A DNA stretch of 64,000 nt, taken from assembly GCF_009914755.1 (NCBI RefSeq), contig NC_060943.1; one strand, 5' to 3'. This document shows positions 1-11,165 of the stretch, piece by piece; position 1 is the first letter of the stretch, and each line of letters opens with the position of its first letter. The notes below the pieces were generated by a model. It was not told where the DNA came from. It worked only from the letters and a program-made list of their open reading frames with translations, and did not search any database. Source of the stretch: the human T2T-CHM13v2.0 reference genome, Homo sapiens. Made by a program: the position numbers and the translations under genes.

Positions 1-28
1 GCCAGAACACAGAACTGAGCTGCAGGTG

Positions 29-34
29 TTCATT
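29..34 (-). terminator. Candidate proximal polyadenylation signal of SCGB2B2 (variant AATGAA)
   Basis: Lies ~95 nt after the stop codon and aligns to AGTAAA at 53340-53345 in the paralog. The two variants together imply an ancestral AATAAA. Confidence 0.45.
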
Positions 35-129
35 GGGGTCTCTGTAGTGATGAACAGAGCCAGGCCAGGAACGCGGGGAGCCCCAAGGAAGGCAGGAGGG
101 CCAATATCTGATCTGCAGGGGTCCTCAGA

Positions 130-1138
130 TCAGAAGGCTGCTTCTATGCAATCGTTGCTCTGAAGGATCTTCTTCTGTTGGAAAAAGAAGAAAGAGAGGA
201 GCCGGTGGCCTCTGTGAAAGGCTCCCCAGACTCATCGTTATTGCCCGGTCCCCGAGCTCAGAGGAGCTCCTTGAGTGTGTCTGCTTGTTGGGGATCCCAG
301 GCTCTGGACAAAGATGGTGGATGTGGGTTGTGTCTCCTGCTTGAGTGTGACTCTGCATGTGTTGGTGTAACACGTGTATGCATGTGTGTGGGCAGGCATG
401 GGGTGTGTGTGTTGCTGTTAACAGCGTCCTGTGTGAGTGTGTGTTGCTGTGTACTCATCATCAGTGCTTTGGTGCAGTGATTGTGGTTCCCTGCATGCCT
501 AGGCCTCTCCCGGGCACCAGGGGCAGAGGTTCTCCCCTTGCAGAGTTGCAGCGTCTGGGTCGAGGACTTGGAGAGGTGAGGCAGGAGGGCCCTGTTGGGG
601 CAGGTGGGGAACTTCATCTGATTTTGCGCATCCTGGGATGTGGCTTCCTGCTTAAAACGTGGAAAGCAGGATGGAAGGCAAGTGCAGGGAAGTGCAAGCC
701 TGGGACGTGTGGCCATGTAGTGTGTGCAGGTCCCCCCGGGCACACTCACAATAACAACTGAATGAGCAAATCTTTCTGTCACGGAGACATTGGCAAAGCA
801 TTGCTGGACATTGAGGAAGGACTCCTCTGTCAGGGGACTGGGGTTGTAACGAGCAAGCTCCTCCTTCAGGAGGTCTTGGGACACATCAAACACAACATTC
901 GCAAGCAGTTTATCGATATCCAGGCAGGCATCCCCTGTGGAGGATGAGGTGAGATAAGAAAACAGAGGAGGTCAGAATTCAGCGAAACCTCCCATGGCCA
1001 ATGAGACCTTGGGATGGTGATGAGAGTGAAGGAGCAGGGCCACCGCTTCCTCCCAGCCCTGCTCGCCTCTTTCTTACCCAGCTGGACGCTGCAGATCAGA
1101 GCCAGCAGAAGAGCACAGGTGGCGGATGTCACCCTCAT
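130..1138 (-). CDS. SCGB2B2: Secretoglobin family 2B member 2 (ABP beta/gamma, Fel d 1 chain 2-like), 96 aa; coding exons 1138-1078, 934-750, 174-130
   Basis: The spliced translation is MRVTSATCALLLALICSVQLG-DACLDIDKLLANVVFDVSQDLLKEELARYNPSPLTEESFLNVQQCFANVSVTERFAHSVVI-KKILQSNDCIEAAF*. Introns are canonical GT-AG (G|gtaag at 1077, ccacag| at 935, ATT|gtgagt at 749, caacag| at 175). Exon lengths 61+185+45 keep the frame. Signal peptide and three conserved Cys match the secretoglobin pattern. Confidence 0.96.
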
Positions 1139-1193
1139 GACAGCGGAGTCTGGTCCCAGCAGGCACAGGCAGGGAATTTGGCGATGGGTGAGC

Positions 1194-1203
1194 TTTATGT
1201 ATA
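1194..1203 (-). promoter_or_regulatory. TATA-like box (TATACATAAA) of the proximal SCGB2B2 promoter
   Basis: About 55-65 nt upstream of the ATG; conserved as ACACATAAA in the paralog at ~52154-52162. Confidence 0.55.
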
Positions 1204-1225
1204 TCTGAACAAGGCACATGCCTCT

Positions 1226-1227
<2 letters not shown>

Positions 1228-1276
<49 letters not shown>
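1228..1276. repeat. (GT)n microsatellite, ~24 units, immediately upstream of the TATA-like box
   Basis: Perfect GT dinucleotide run seen directly. Confidence 0.97.
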
Positions 1277-1280
<4 letters not shown>

Positions 1281-1509
1281 TGGTCAGGGCAGGTCTGCAG
1301 AGAGACCCTCGGCCCTGGGCCATGCTGTTGGGGTGGCAGCGTATCGGGAACTGGACTCAGCATGCAGTGGGAGGGGTTGGGTGTTGTGACATTCTCTCTG
1401 TCCTCCCTGGAGCTCCCTGGGATTGGGAGCAGGCTGAACACTGGTGTAAGCCTGCAAGTCTGAGTGTGCATGCACATGTGACCCTGTGTCTTGGCAAACG
1501 TGTGTCTGC

Positions 1510-1592
1510 ACTTGGCACGCCCTAGCACAGAATCTGCCACTGAGTGCTGGCTCAACAAACATTTGCTAAGTGAGTATGTCTGTCTGAATGGA
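1510..1592 (+). mobile_element. L2 3'-end relic
   Basis: cctagcacagaatctgccac...gctcaacaaacatttgctaagtgagt resembles the L2 terminal motif. It is shared with the paralog at 51740-51815. Confidence 0.5.
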
Positions 1593-1738
1593 TAGCACAT
1601 TAGGTGCAGCTTTTGAGAAATCAGTAAACTGTAATTTAGATTCAAAGAACATTATCTGGAGTAAAACACAGAACCTAAAGGACATGAGATGTAGCAAGTG
1701 TGTTAGGGACACATGTGACACAGTGAAGGGATCCTACA

Positions 1739-2291
1739 TGTTGGGGACCAGCCTCAACACTACCCGTAGGGTACCCGAAGTCTGGTGGTGACAAAGGATT
1801 GAGAAAAGACAAGTTAAGAGTGAAAGGTGGGGAGCCAGGGGGCCAGTGCAAAATGTGGAGGCTGCAAAAGGTGCCGAGCTCTGGTCTCCACACTATTTAT
1901 TGAGTACAGTCCCTTCGATCTAAGAAGCAGATGTTCAGGGAGAAACAGTGAAAGGGTGGCAGTGCATCACAGGCATAATCTATAGCAATAGCAGTTTAAA
2001 TGAGTCTCCTTTGTGCTCAAACAGCATAACTTTAACTTGTTGGAGAGTAGCTAGTAGGAGCGGCCTTGACTGGGAGCCTGCACGTCTGTCCACATTCCAG
2101 TGTTTCAAAGAAGTGTCTTTCTCCCTGAGCACAGTGTTTACAGAGAAGACAGCGGGTCTTGCTCTGAGCATGGGAACATGATGGCAATTAGGAGGCTTTC
2201 CTCCTCAGAGGCCTTTTGTGGCTTTCCACAACTTATTCCCGTATTTTTATGGCCAGTTTATACAGGCACCCCACAAGCCCTTTTCCCAGCA
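1739..2291 (-). mobile_element. Solo ERVK-class LTR (LTR14/HML-1-like)
   Basis: TG...CA termini, a 6-bp TSD CCTACA (1733-1738 and 2292-2297) typical of betaretroviral integration, and an internal minus-strand AATAAA near 1895-1900. Confidence 0.85.
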
Positions 2292-3167
2292 CCTACATAT
2301 GAGGGAGCTGATGTCACTCACGTGATTTTTGTCTCCTGACAGGACCCTAAATTGTAAGTGTGACCCCAGGGGCAGAATCAGCAGGTGGGGACAGCTGGGG
2401 GTGGGGAAGGCAGCAGGGATGCTGACGCTTGTACACTCGGGTGCCAGTGCCGCTCCAATAGCGGTTTGTGCCCTACTGTGTCAAGGGAGGGTCTGGCTAG
2501 GAGCACCTGAGGGACACGCCCGGTGCAGAGGACACTCACTGGGCTGCTGAGAGCCATGTAGAACCGCAGAGCAGTTCCTAGATTAGGCTGTGCCACCCAG
2601 ACTGAGTGGGCTCACCTCGGCCAGGCATGAGCCATCACTGTGCACGTACAGAACCTCATAGTAGCGCCCAGGACTTGGGCCTCTTAAAGGACCTACCCAG
2701 CATTGGGTAGGACTTAGAGTGGCCGTCACCAGTGGCAGGGCCCTGAACGCCCCCACATTCCAGTTGTAAAGTTGAGTGGATGAGTTGACAGTTGGACTGG
2801 CAGACGCTGAAGCAGGGGCTGTGGCTGAGCAGGGAGGATGGAGGCCACTGCCACTCCCTGGCCGGCCACCTGCTGTGTCGTCCCTGCCACCTGTGGTCCT
2901 GCAGCCTGGGCTGCAACCTGCGCAGTGCAGGCGTCCATGCGTGCTGAGACTCTCAGCCGGCTCTGTGGCCTGTCATGTTGTGTGTGCGGGACGAGGCTTG
3001 GGTGCACGTGTGTGAGAATGGGATTTTGTGTGTGTGTGAGTGGAATGCGCTGGCAGGATTCCACCCACTATGTGGGGTGGAGGGTCTGTGATTATATGAA
3101 TATGAGGTTGTGATTGTGGCTGGGAGGGGCTGTGTGGCTGCCTCTGCCTCTGCATCTGGGTCTGTGT

Positions 3168-3192
3168 CTGAGAAAGAAAGGGAGAGATGGGG
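3168..3192 (-). other. Strong splice acceptor ~2.03 kb upstream of the SCGB2B2 ATG (candidate start of a long 5'UTR exon)
   Basis: The minus strand reads ccatctctccctttctttctcag|ACACAG, a long polypyrimidine tract followed by CAG. Confidence 0.5.
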
Positions 3193-4953
3193 GAGGCCTG
3201 GTGTGGGGACCCAGCAGGGCAGGGACAGGGGATGTTTCCTCACTTTACACCATTTGGGGACCCTCCCCAGGGGGAAAAGCCAGGTACAGTGGAGAAGCAC
3301 TGTCTGAGTGGGCTTCGTCCTGGGGACAGAGGCTGGGAGACTGCAGCTGAAAGGTGTGGGCTCCAAGAAGGCCGCAGTGGGGCTGAGCAGCAGAGTCAGG
3401 GAATAGAGGACCTGGGAGCAGAGGGCCGCCCTCCCTCCATCTTCCTTCCCTCTCTGGACCCCAGAGCACTGTGTCCCGTCTCAACCCCCACAGCTGCAAG
3501 TGGAGCCAGCTGGAGGGGTCTCTAGAGGGAGGGGGGTCCTCTGAGGGTAGAGAGGGCCAGGAGGCTTCCTGAGGACCTGAGGCCCCTCTGGGCCTCCCAG
3601 GGCTTGGAGCATGTCCCTCCCAGTGGCTGATCTGCATTGCCCTGGGAGGGACATGCTCAGTGATGGGGTTTGTGCAGCTGTCACTCAATCACCTGCCTGT
3701 GCCCAGCCACTCACCTGTGACTCCCATCAGCCCCACCACATGTGGGTCCTCAAGTGCCATGAGAGGAAGTTCCTGCCTGTGTCACATGCATCCATCCCAC
3801 CCACCACACTGCAGGTTACAGGACTGCCCCACAAGAGCCACCATGCCCACCTGAGGTTACCTGGCACACAGGTATCCTCACCTGCATGACATGACCAGAT
3901 CGTGCACTTTCTATGCCAGGGCCAGGGCAAGCTTGCACTTTTAGCCCTGGGGACATTGGGGGTGGTGGTGGCTGGAGGCCAGGGAAGTCACCAGGCTGGA
4001 GACATCATCTACCTCCCTAGAGGGTTTGATATCAGACATCTCCCGTGCACCACTTTCAGCCATCTCAGCCTCACCTGGGACTCTGGCTGGCACTGGGACC
4101 AGCAGTTCCATGAAGGTTTAGACCATCTCTAGGCTTAGGAAGTGCCTCCCTTGTCATCACTGTGGTCTGGGCTATGCGCCTTGTGACCAAGGGCTCTGGG
4201 CAGCAGATGCAGCCAGCCAGAGGGTGTGGGTGAGGGGCCTGGGCACAGGAGGGACGCGAGGCCTTCCCTGCACCCTCATGGCCACCGTTTCAGAGGGAAG
4301 ACAACAATTATTTGGTTTTGCCCTGTGAGCAGCAGCAGAGAGCGGGGCCCAGGGCAGGTCCAGGGCCAGACAGGCATCCCATGCTGCAGCCTCGAGGCCT
4401 GCAGGGCACATGATGGGGCCGGTGTGGGGGCGTCTCTTGTGCCAAACAACTGGGCAGGAGGTGCCCTGGGGCTGGTGGGTGGGTCAGGGCGTTTTCAAGA
4501 GCCATGTTAGGATAGAGAGTCCTGGAGAATGGAGTGAGGGGGCAGAGGGGGCAGAGAATGGAGGGGTCGGGGAGACTGCTCCCACTGCTTTCTGGCTTCT
4601 AAGTGGGGGTGATGGGTGGTAGGTGAGTGGCAGAGGGGTCAGCGGGGGCTGCAAGACTGAGCCAGGGAAGTGGAGGCAGCAAGAATGCAGGCCTTGCCTG
4701 AGGCTGACTCGGGGCTAGGAATTCTCAGAGGTCAGGGCCCTAGAGCTCCCGGACAGGGAGTTTGCAGGAACAGTGACGCAGCACATGCCACGGCACAACT
4801 TGACACAACACAACATGGCACAGCAGAGCAGTGTGCGGCACACTGGGCTGCAGCAGAGCGTGGAATGGGGTCTGTAGGGTCTAGGGAATTATGGAGCAAA
4901 CCGACCTGAGCCGTGTCCCTCAGCCAAGGCACAGGCACTGGCCTTGAGCCACC

Positions 4954-5420
4954 CACTTCCTTGTGACAGCCTCATGCCCTGGCGTCCTTGGGGCTGAGGA
5001 TAGGGCTGGGGCTGCTGTCCAAGGTGAGGTCACTAGAGGGGACTCTAATCCCCAGTTGTTTGAGGAACTTGGGCATCCTGCAGAGGATTTTTGGACACCT
5101 CAGCCAGGCTTTTGGGGTGGTGGGGTCTGGACCCAGGGGGAAAACCATGGGGCATGGCTTTGCTGGGATAGGGAGGGTAGGGGCAAGAGTGCAGCTGGGT
5201 GTGGCCCTGTAGGCACAGCATGTGGCATCTGCCAGTCCCCATTTCCTGCCTTGCTTCCAGCCTGTGCTGTGATGCAGGAATCACTTCCTTGTGACAGGTC
5301 CGTGCCCTGGCCTCTCTGTGGCTGAGACAGGGCTGGGGCTGGTGTCTAAGATGAAGTGTGACTCTAATCCCCTGCTTCTGATCCCCAGTTGTTTGGGGAA
5401 CTTGAGCATCTTCCAGGGAC
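4954..5420. repeat. Diverged direct duplication (~135 bp copies at 4954-5090 and 5282-5420)
   Basis: Both copies read cacttccttgtgacag...gccctggc...agggctggggctg...gactctaatcccc...agttgttt(g/a)ggaactt. Confidence 0.85.
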
Positions 5421-5909
5421 CCAGTGGTGTAGATGGGACTCCTGGGCTGTTTAGTCAGGCCTCTTGCCCACGTGGCCACATTGGCTCCCACTCAAATCTG
5501 GCCTTGGGGCCTGCTTGGCCTCTGCTTACCAAGTCCTGTGGTTCTCTGCCAGGCACCATTGGCCCTGCGGCCAGGCTGGCACCTGGAGAATGGCCTGCCC
5601 CCAAATCCTGCACTCCTCCCAGCTCACCTGCTTTGCTTTTCTCCTGCACTGGGAATTGGGAGCTAGGTTGATACTGGGAGAGGAGCTCCCTCAACTGTAG
5701 GTTCACCTTAGAGTTCTGGGACAGGTTTTTGCGAGATGAGGCTTTCTAGAAGGGCCTGGAGCTGGTGAGCCTGCTGAGCAGGGAGTAGTCCCACAGCAGA
5801 GGGATCTATGGTGGAGGAGTGGGATGGGTGGGGAGGACGACCCAGCTGTGGAGGAGTTGGGGCAGGCAGGTCACATGGGTGCAGCTCGCCCTTTCTCCTT
5901 CTCCCCATC

Positions 5910-6269
5910 TGTATTAGTCTCTTTTCATGCTGCCAATAAAGACATACTTGAGACTCTGCAGTTTACAAAAGAAAGAGGTTTATTGGACTTAAAGTTCCAC
6001 GTGGCTGGGGAGGCCTCACAATCACGGTGGAAGGTGAAAGGCATATCTCACATGGCGGCAGCAAGAGACAGAATGAGAGCCAAGCAAGACAGGTTTCCCC
6101 TTATCAAACCATCAGATCTCGTGAGACTTATTCACTACCATGAGAACAGTGTGGGGAAAATCCCTCATGAATCAATGATCTCTCACTAGGTGCCTCCCAC
6201 ACATGTGGGAATTATAGGCATACAATTCAAGATGAGATTTGGGTGGGGACACGGAGCCAAACCATATCA
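5910..6269 (-). mobile_element. THE1 (MaLR) solo LTR
   Basis: tgtattagt...gccaaaccatatca, flanked by a 5-bp TSD CCATC. Confidence 0.9.
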
Positions 6270-6274
6270 CCATC

Positions 6275-6425
6275 CTCTCTTCCCTCCCTGTCCTCTCCTG
6301 TCTTTTCCTCCCCGCCCTGTTCTCTCCCTCTTCCCCCTGTTCCTCAGTCTTCCTGCCTCTCCTCTTCCTTCTCCATTTCTCCCCTTCTTCACTTCCCATT
6401 TCTCCCTTTCCCTCCTCCCCTGACC
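6275..6425. repeat. Polypyrimidine (CT-rich) low-complexity tract
   Basis: Almost purely C/T on the plus strand. Confidence 0.85.
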
Positions 6426-6429
6426 TCTA

Positions 6430-9400
6430 ATCATCTTTCTATTGTGACATAGAACACAAGTATGGAGACGTACACACCATGTAAAGTGTATCTTAAGTGA
6501 TTACTGTAATGCAAACCTCACAATGCGCCCTCCAGTTCAAGAAAGATCATTGTGAGCCCCTCAAGGCACCAGCCTCACCTCCTAGAGTAGACCACTGTCC
6601 TGATTTTATGGTTTTTTTTTATTATACTTTGTTTTAGGGTACATGTACACAACGTGCAGGTTTGTTACATATGTGCCATGTTGGTGTGCTGCACCCATTA
6701 ACTTGTTGTTTCAGTGGATGGTTTTTCTACCTAAACATCTTCATATACAGTAAACGTTAATTTTGCTCTTTTACAATTTATATGGCTGGGATCGTAATGT
6801 GTCTGTTCTCCCGTATCTTACTTTTTTGTTCCCCATTGTTGTTGATATTCATCCATGTTGTTATCTCCATTGTTTAAGTCTACCCTGGTACACTGATTCT
6901 ATTATCATGAACAACACTGTAGGGAGCTTTCATATGTTGATGTCTTGTACACGTTTATATTCACATTTGTTGGGGTTTGTGCCCATGTGTGGAATTTTAG
7001 GTGATAAGGCATTCATATTCTTGACTATCCTAGGAAACAGGAAACCTTGAAAGCAGTTGTACAATGCACTTCCCCAGCCACACTGTAGTATTTCCTGCTG
7101 CTCTAGATTGCCACAATCTGGTATCGTCAGTGTTGTGTGAACCATCTGGTAGGTAGGTGTCAGGGGCATCTCACTGTGGTTTCCATTTGCATTTTCTGGT
7201 GTAATGAGGTTGAGGCCTCTTCATGTGTTTATTCGTCATTTAGTGAAATGTGAATGGAATCTTTCTTCCCATTTATATATTGCATGTTCTTTTCTATTTT
7301 TTCCACCTCTGACTGATTTGTAGGCGTTCTTTCTATATTCTTGGTAAGAGCCCTTGTTTGGTTAGTTGTTGAAAATGTCTTCCCCAACACCACTGTGGAT
7401 TAGCTTTGTATGTTTTAATGATTTTAATAAAAAGAAGTTTAAAGTTTACTATAATTAAATTTATCAATGCTATATTTCTGCTCGGGGTGTGGTGTGTGTG
7501 TGTGTGTGTGTGTGTGCATTTTGTTTATGTAAACATTCTTATCTCATGGTCATAAAGATATTCTTTTACATAAAGAGTTGTAAAGTCTTTATTATTTTGC
7601 TTTGTCCATTGAGGTCTATAATCCACATGGAATGGACTTTGTGTAAGGTGTGGGTAAGAGTCCAATACCTTTTTAATTATTTAGATATCCTGTTGTCCCA
7701 GTACCATTTAGGAGAAGATAATCTTTATTCTACTGCTCTGTGTCCTCTTTGTCAAAAATCAAGTGCACCATAGAGGGCCGTAGTTTGCTTCTGAGTTCTC
7801 TATTTTGTCTCACTAGTCTGTTTGTCTGTCTCTATGCCAATGTGGCACTGTGTTGACTACACACTAAAGCTTTAGTTCTTGACTCTGGTAGAGGGAGTCC
7901 TTCCACTTTGGCCTTGTTCCTAGAGTGTCTTTGCTGGTTTTGGCCCTCTGCATTCCCATATAAGTTTAGAAACAGCTTGTTGAATTCAATTTGGAGAGAA
8001 CTGAAATTTTGATAATATTGAGTATTCCTCTCCATAAAGCTGGTACATGTTGCCATTTATTTTGGTCTTCCCTATTTTCTCTCAATAATTTTTACCTATG
8101 TATCTCTGTACCACTCATATGAATGTATTAATTTATTTATTCCAGGGCACCTGCTATTTTAATGCCATTGTAGATGTTATCTTCTCTTAAAGTGTACATT
8201 TATACATGTAAGTGCTGTTGTATAGGAAATTTTAATTATTCTATATTGTTTTGTATTCAGCATTTAAAAAAACTTTTAATATTTTATCTGTAGATGCTCT
8301 AAGACTATATATAACTCTATCTAATGCCTATTTGTTTATTCCTCTTCAATCCTCAGATTTTTACTTGTCTTGCTTTATTGCATTGTAGAATCTCTAACAC
8401 AGTGTTGGGTAACAATGGTGAAAGTAGGCTTTTTTGTTTAGTATCTGAACCCAAGGGGAAGGGTTTCTTGTTTGTTTGTGTTTTGTTCTTGACAGCTTTT
8501 TATTTTATAATAATTTTTAAATTTTGGCACAGTTTCAGGCTTATGAAAAGCTACAAAAATTTTAAAAAGTATTTCTGGATACCCTTCATCCAGATTCAAA
8601 AGGATAGCTTTTGATATTTCACCATTACATAGGAAGTTTACTGTAGGATACTTTTGGTAGACACTCTTTGTTAGATTTAGGATATATTATTTTATTTCTG
8701 TCTTCTAAGAGCATTTTTTTAAAAAAGGAAAGATGATGAATTTTAGAACACATCTTATTTACATTTAATAAAATGTGCATATAGTTTTTTCTTAGTTCTG
8801 TTAATGTGTCCAAGTATATCAGATGATTTTTCAATGTGAAACCTGGCTTGCATTTCTGGGATAAATCTGCCTTAATTGGTATCATTATTCTTTTTATATA
8901 TAATCTCATTGACTTTGCTAATATATTGTGTGGAACATTTTGTCTATGTCCTTGAGTGGTTGGATTTTGGTGTCAGGATTATACCAGCCTCATTAAATGA
9001 ATCAGGGGATGCAGTGGCGGTTTCCACTTATTCTAAGAGATCTAGTCTACCCTTTCCCCAACCTGCTCCATACCCCAGAACATGGCCTTTTCTGGATTGC
9101 ATCATTCGGCTACGTTGCCCTTTGTTTTTTTGTGGGTTGATATATTGGAGATAAGGCGGGAAATGAAAAGGAAGAGGAGGGTGAGATGAAGTAATTCACT
9201 CCCAGCTGACTTCCCTTAGGGCTACAGGTTGACAGTAGCTGCACCCCTCTACTGATGGTCAAAGGTCCCGTGTGCTTGACCTTTCCTGCAGTTACTGGTC
9301 TCAGTTCATTGTAGTAATAGCTCCTTTTCCTTATCTCCCTTTAGATATTTTGCTTTTGCTAGCCTTGGGTGTTTTCTTATTGGCTTCTTTTAACTTTGCT

Positions 9401-9645
9401 CACCCCACAGCCAAGAGCCATTCATTAAACTCTCCTCAGGTGTCCCATGTGAGTTTGCCATTTCTTTCCTGCAGGGACACTGATGGATACAGAGAATGAA
9501 CCATCATTTTTTATTGTTTGGAAGAATTTGTGTAAGGTTAGAGTGGTTTCCTCATTAAGTATTTGCCAGAACTTTCCAGAAAAGCTATCTGCATGGGATT
9601 TTCTTTGCAAAATCTTTAAAAATTTTAATTTAATTTTACAGATAA
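6430..9645 (-). mobile_element. Ancient L1M-type relics, with a short L1PA 3'-end insertion (~6612-6715) and an LTR-like insert (~9010-9490)
   Basis: T-rich antisense L1 ORF2/3'UTR-like sequence. The L1PA tail motif ttattatacttt...gggtacatgt...gtgctgcacccattaac is flanked by ATGGTTTTT on both sides. Confidence 0.7.
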
Positions 9646-10370
9646 TTAGAGGACTGCATGGCCACCAGCAACAGTTGCAGATTCTTCTGGGTAATAAAAC
9701 TCACAGGCACAATAGATGTTCACCTGACTCTAAATTAACTTAGATTTATGAAAGGACAAAGAAAAAGCATGTTCAGCATTTTCAGTGTTATTGGTGGGGT
9801 GAGAGATGTCCAGCAGCAGCAGTCTAACATTTCACACCACCATTCAGGAGGATAGTTATTTGGGAATTGAAATTAATGTGCATGAGGCTCACCTTGGCAT
9901 GTTCATGTATCACTGTCTGATCCAGAATATCTTACAACACTGGAGGACAGCTCCATGTCCATGTTAATTCAGGAAAGTCATTGCCTTGCTTTCCTGACAG
10001 TCTTTTACATGGTCCTAATCATGTCTTCATTCAATGTCCATACACCACTCACTGCCCTCCCAATTCAGGTGCAATCCCCCAAGCAAAGCTTTCACAATAA
10101 ACAATGCCTGAAATGCAGCATTTCTCATTGATCTAAGTCCATTCTAAGGAGGCAGTGCTGGAGGAAAATGAGAGCAATGTCATTGTTCCAGGATTAATTA
10201 TAGGGAGAGAGCCTAGGCCTGCTGTTCACAGTTTGCCCATAAGGACTATGCAGGATTTCTCTTTCTTCTCATGTCAGTATTTGAATATTTTTCTTGGAAT
10301 TTAAACACTTCACCTAATTTAAAATACAGACAAAGTTTCCATAATATCTTATTTTTTAATGTTTTATTAC

Positions 10371-10512
10371 TTTTTTTTTTTTTTTTTAACAGATAACGTC
10401 TCACTATATTGCCCAGGCTGGAGTGCAGGGGCTATTCACAGGTGAGATGATAGCTCACTGTAGCCTCAAACTCCTGGGCTCAAGCAATGCTCCCACCTCA
10501 ATCTACTGAATA
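10371..10512 (-). mobile_element. Free Alu monomer (FAM-like)
   Basis: Poly-T followed by Alu monomer sequence that keeps the 7SL-type gctattcacagg segment. Confidence 0.75.
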
Positions 10513-10764
10513 TACTCTTATTTTATATGGCTGAAGGGTCTTAGGGAGATCTCCTTTTAAATAATTTATTCATTATTTGTGTCTTTCCCATTTTTCTTTT
10601 TAATGTCTCCCTTTAGGTAAGTTTGTCAGTTGTTAGCAGATTAATTTAATGTTCAAGAATATTTACTTTGTGCTGCTATATTGCCAGACAGTCTTTTACA
10701 TGATCCTAATCATGTCATCATTCAGTGTCCATACATCACTCACTGCCCTCCCAGTTCAGGTGCA

Positions 10765-11165
10765 GTTCCCCATTTCCCCTCACTCCATTGATATCAGGCT
10801 CAGGATGTCCCTAGATTTGGACAATGGGATGTTAGCAGACAATAGGGAGTTAATTGCTTCAATAGGACCATGCAGTTAGTCTTTCCTTCCCACATCCCTG
10901 TGGTCACTATGAGATTACCTTTTCCTTAGTAAGTGATGGTTCTTTAGGGTGAGCCCCTGAATGAATAGATGTTGATCAGATTTGAGCCCAACCTACAGGA
11001 GTGGCCAAGTCCTACCAGGCCCACAGCTTGAGTGCTCACCATCTAGCCGAGCCCAGCTTATATCAGCTGAAACACCAGCCAAACTACAGCACATGAGTGA
11101 TCATCAATGATTGTCATTTTAATCTATTGAATTTTCAGGTTGTTTGTGACACAGTAAAAGTGGGC
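10765..11165 (+). mobile_element. Old MaLR LTR (MLT1-type)
   Basis: tttggacaatgggatgttagcagac...gattgtcattttaatctattgaattttcaggttgtttgtgacacag matches an MLT1 3' motif. Confidence 0.6.

Noticed and set aside
258-1645. ORFs of 211 aa (258-893) and 259 aa (866-1645) on the minus strand
   Set aside because: They are unspliced read-throughs of SCGB2B2 exons into intron and promoter sequence; the THTHTH run is the CA repeat.
10158-10190. Minus-strand NNDIALIFL resembling a trypsin-family Asp motif
   Set aside because: It is an isolated 9-mer flanked by stops, with no His or Ser catalytic motifs nearby.
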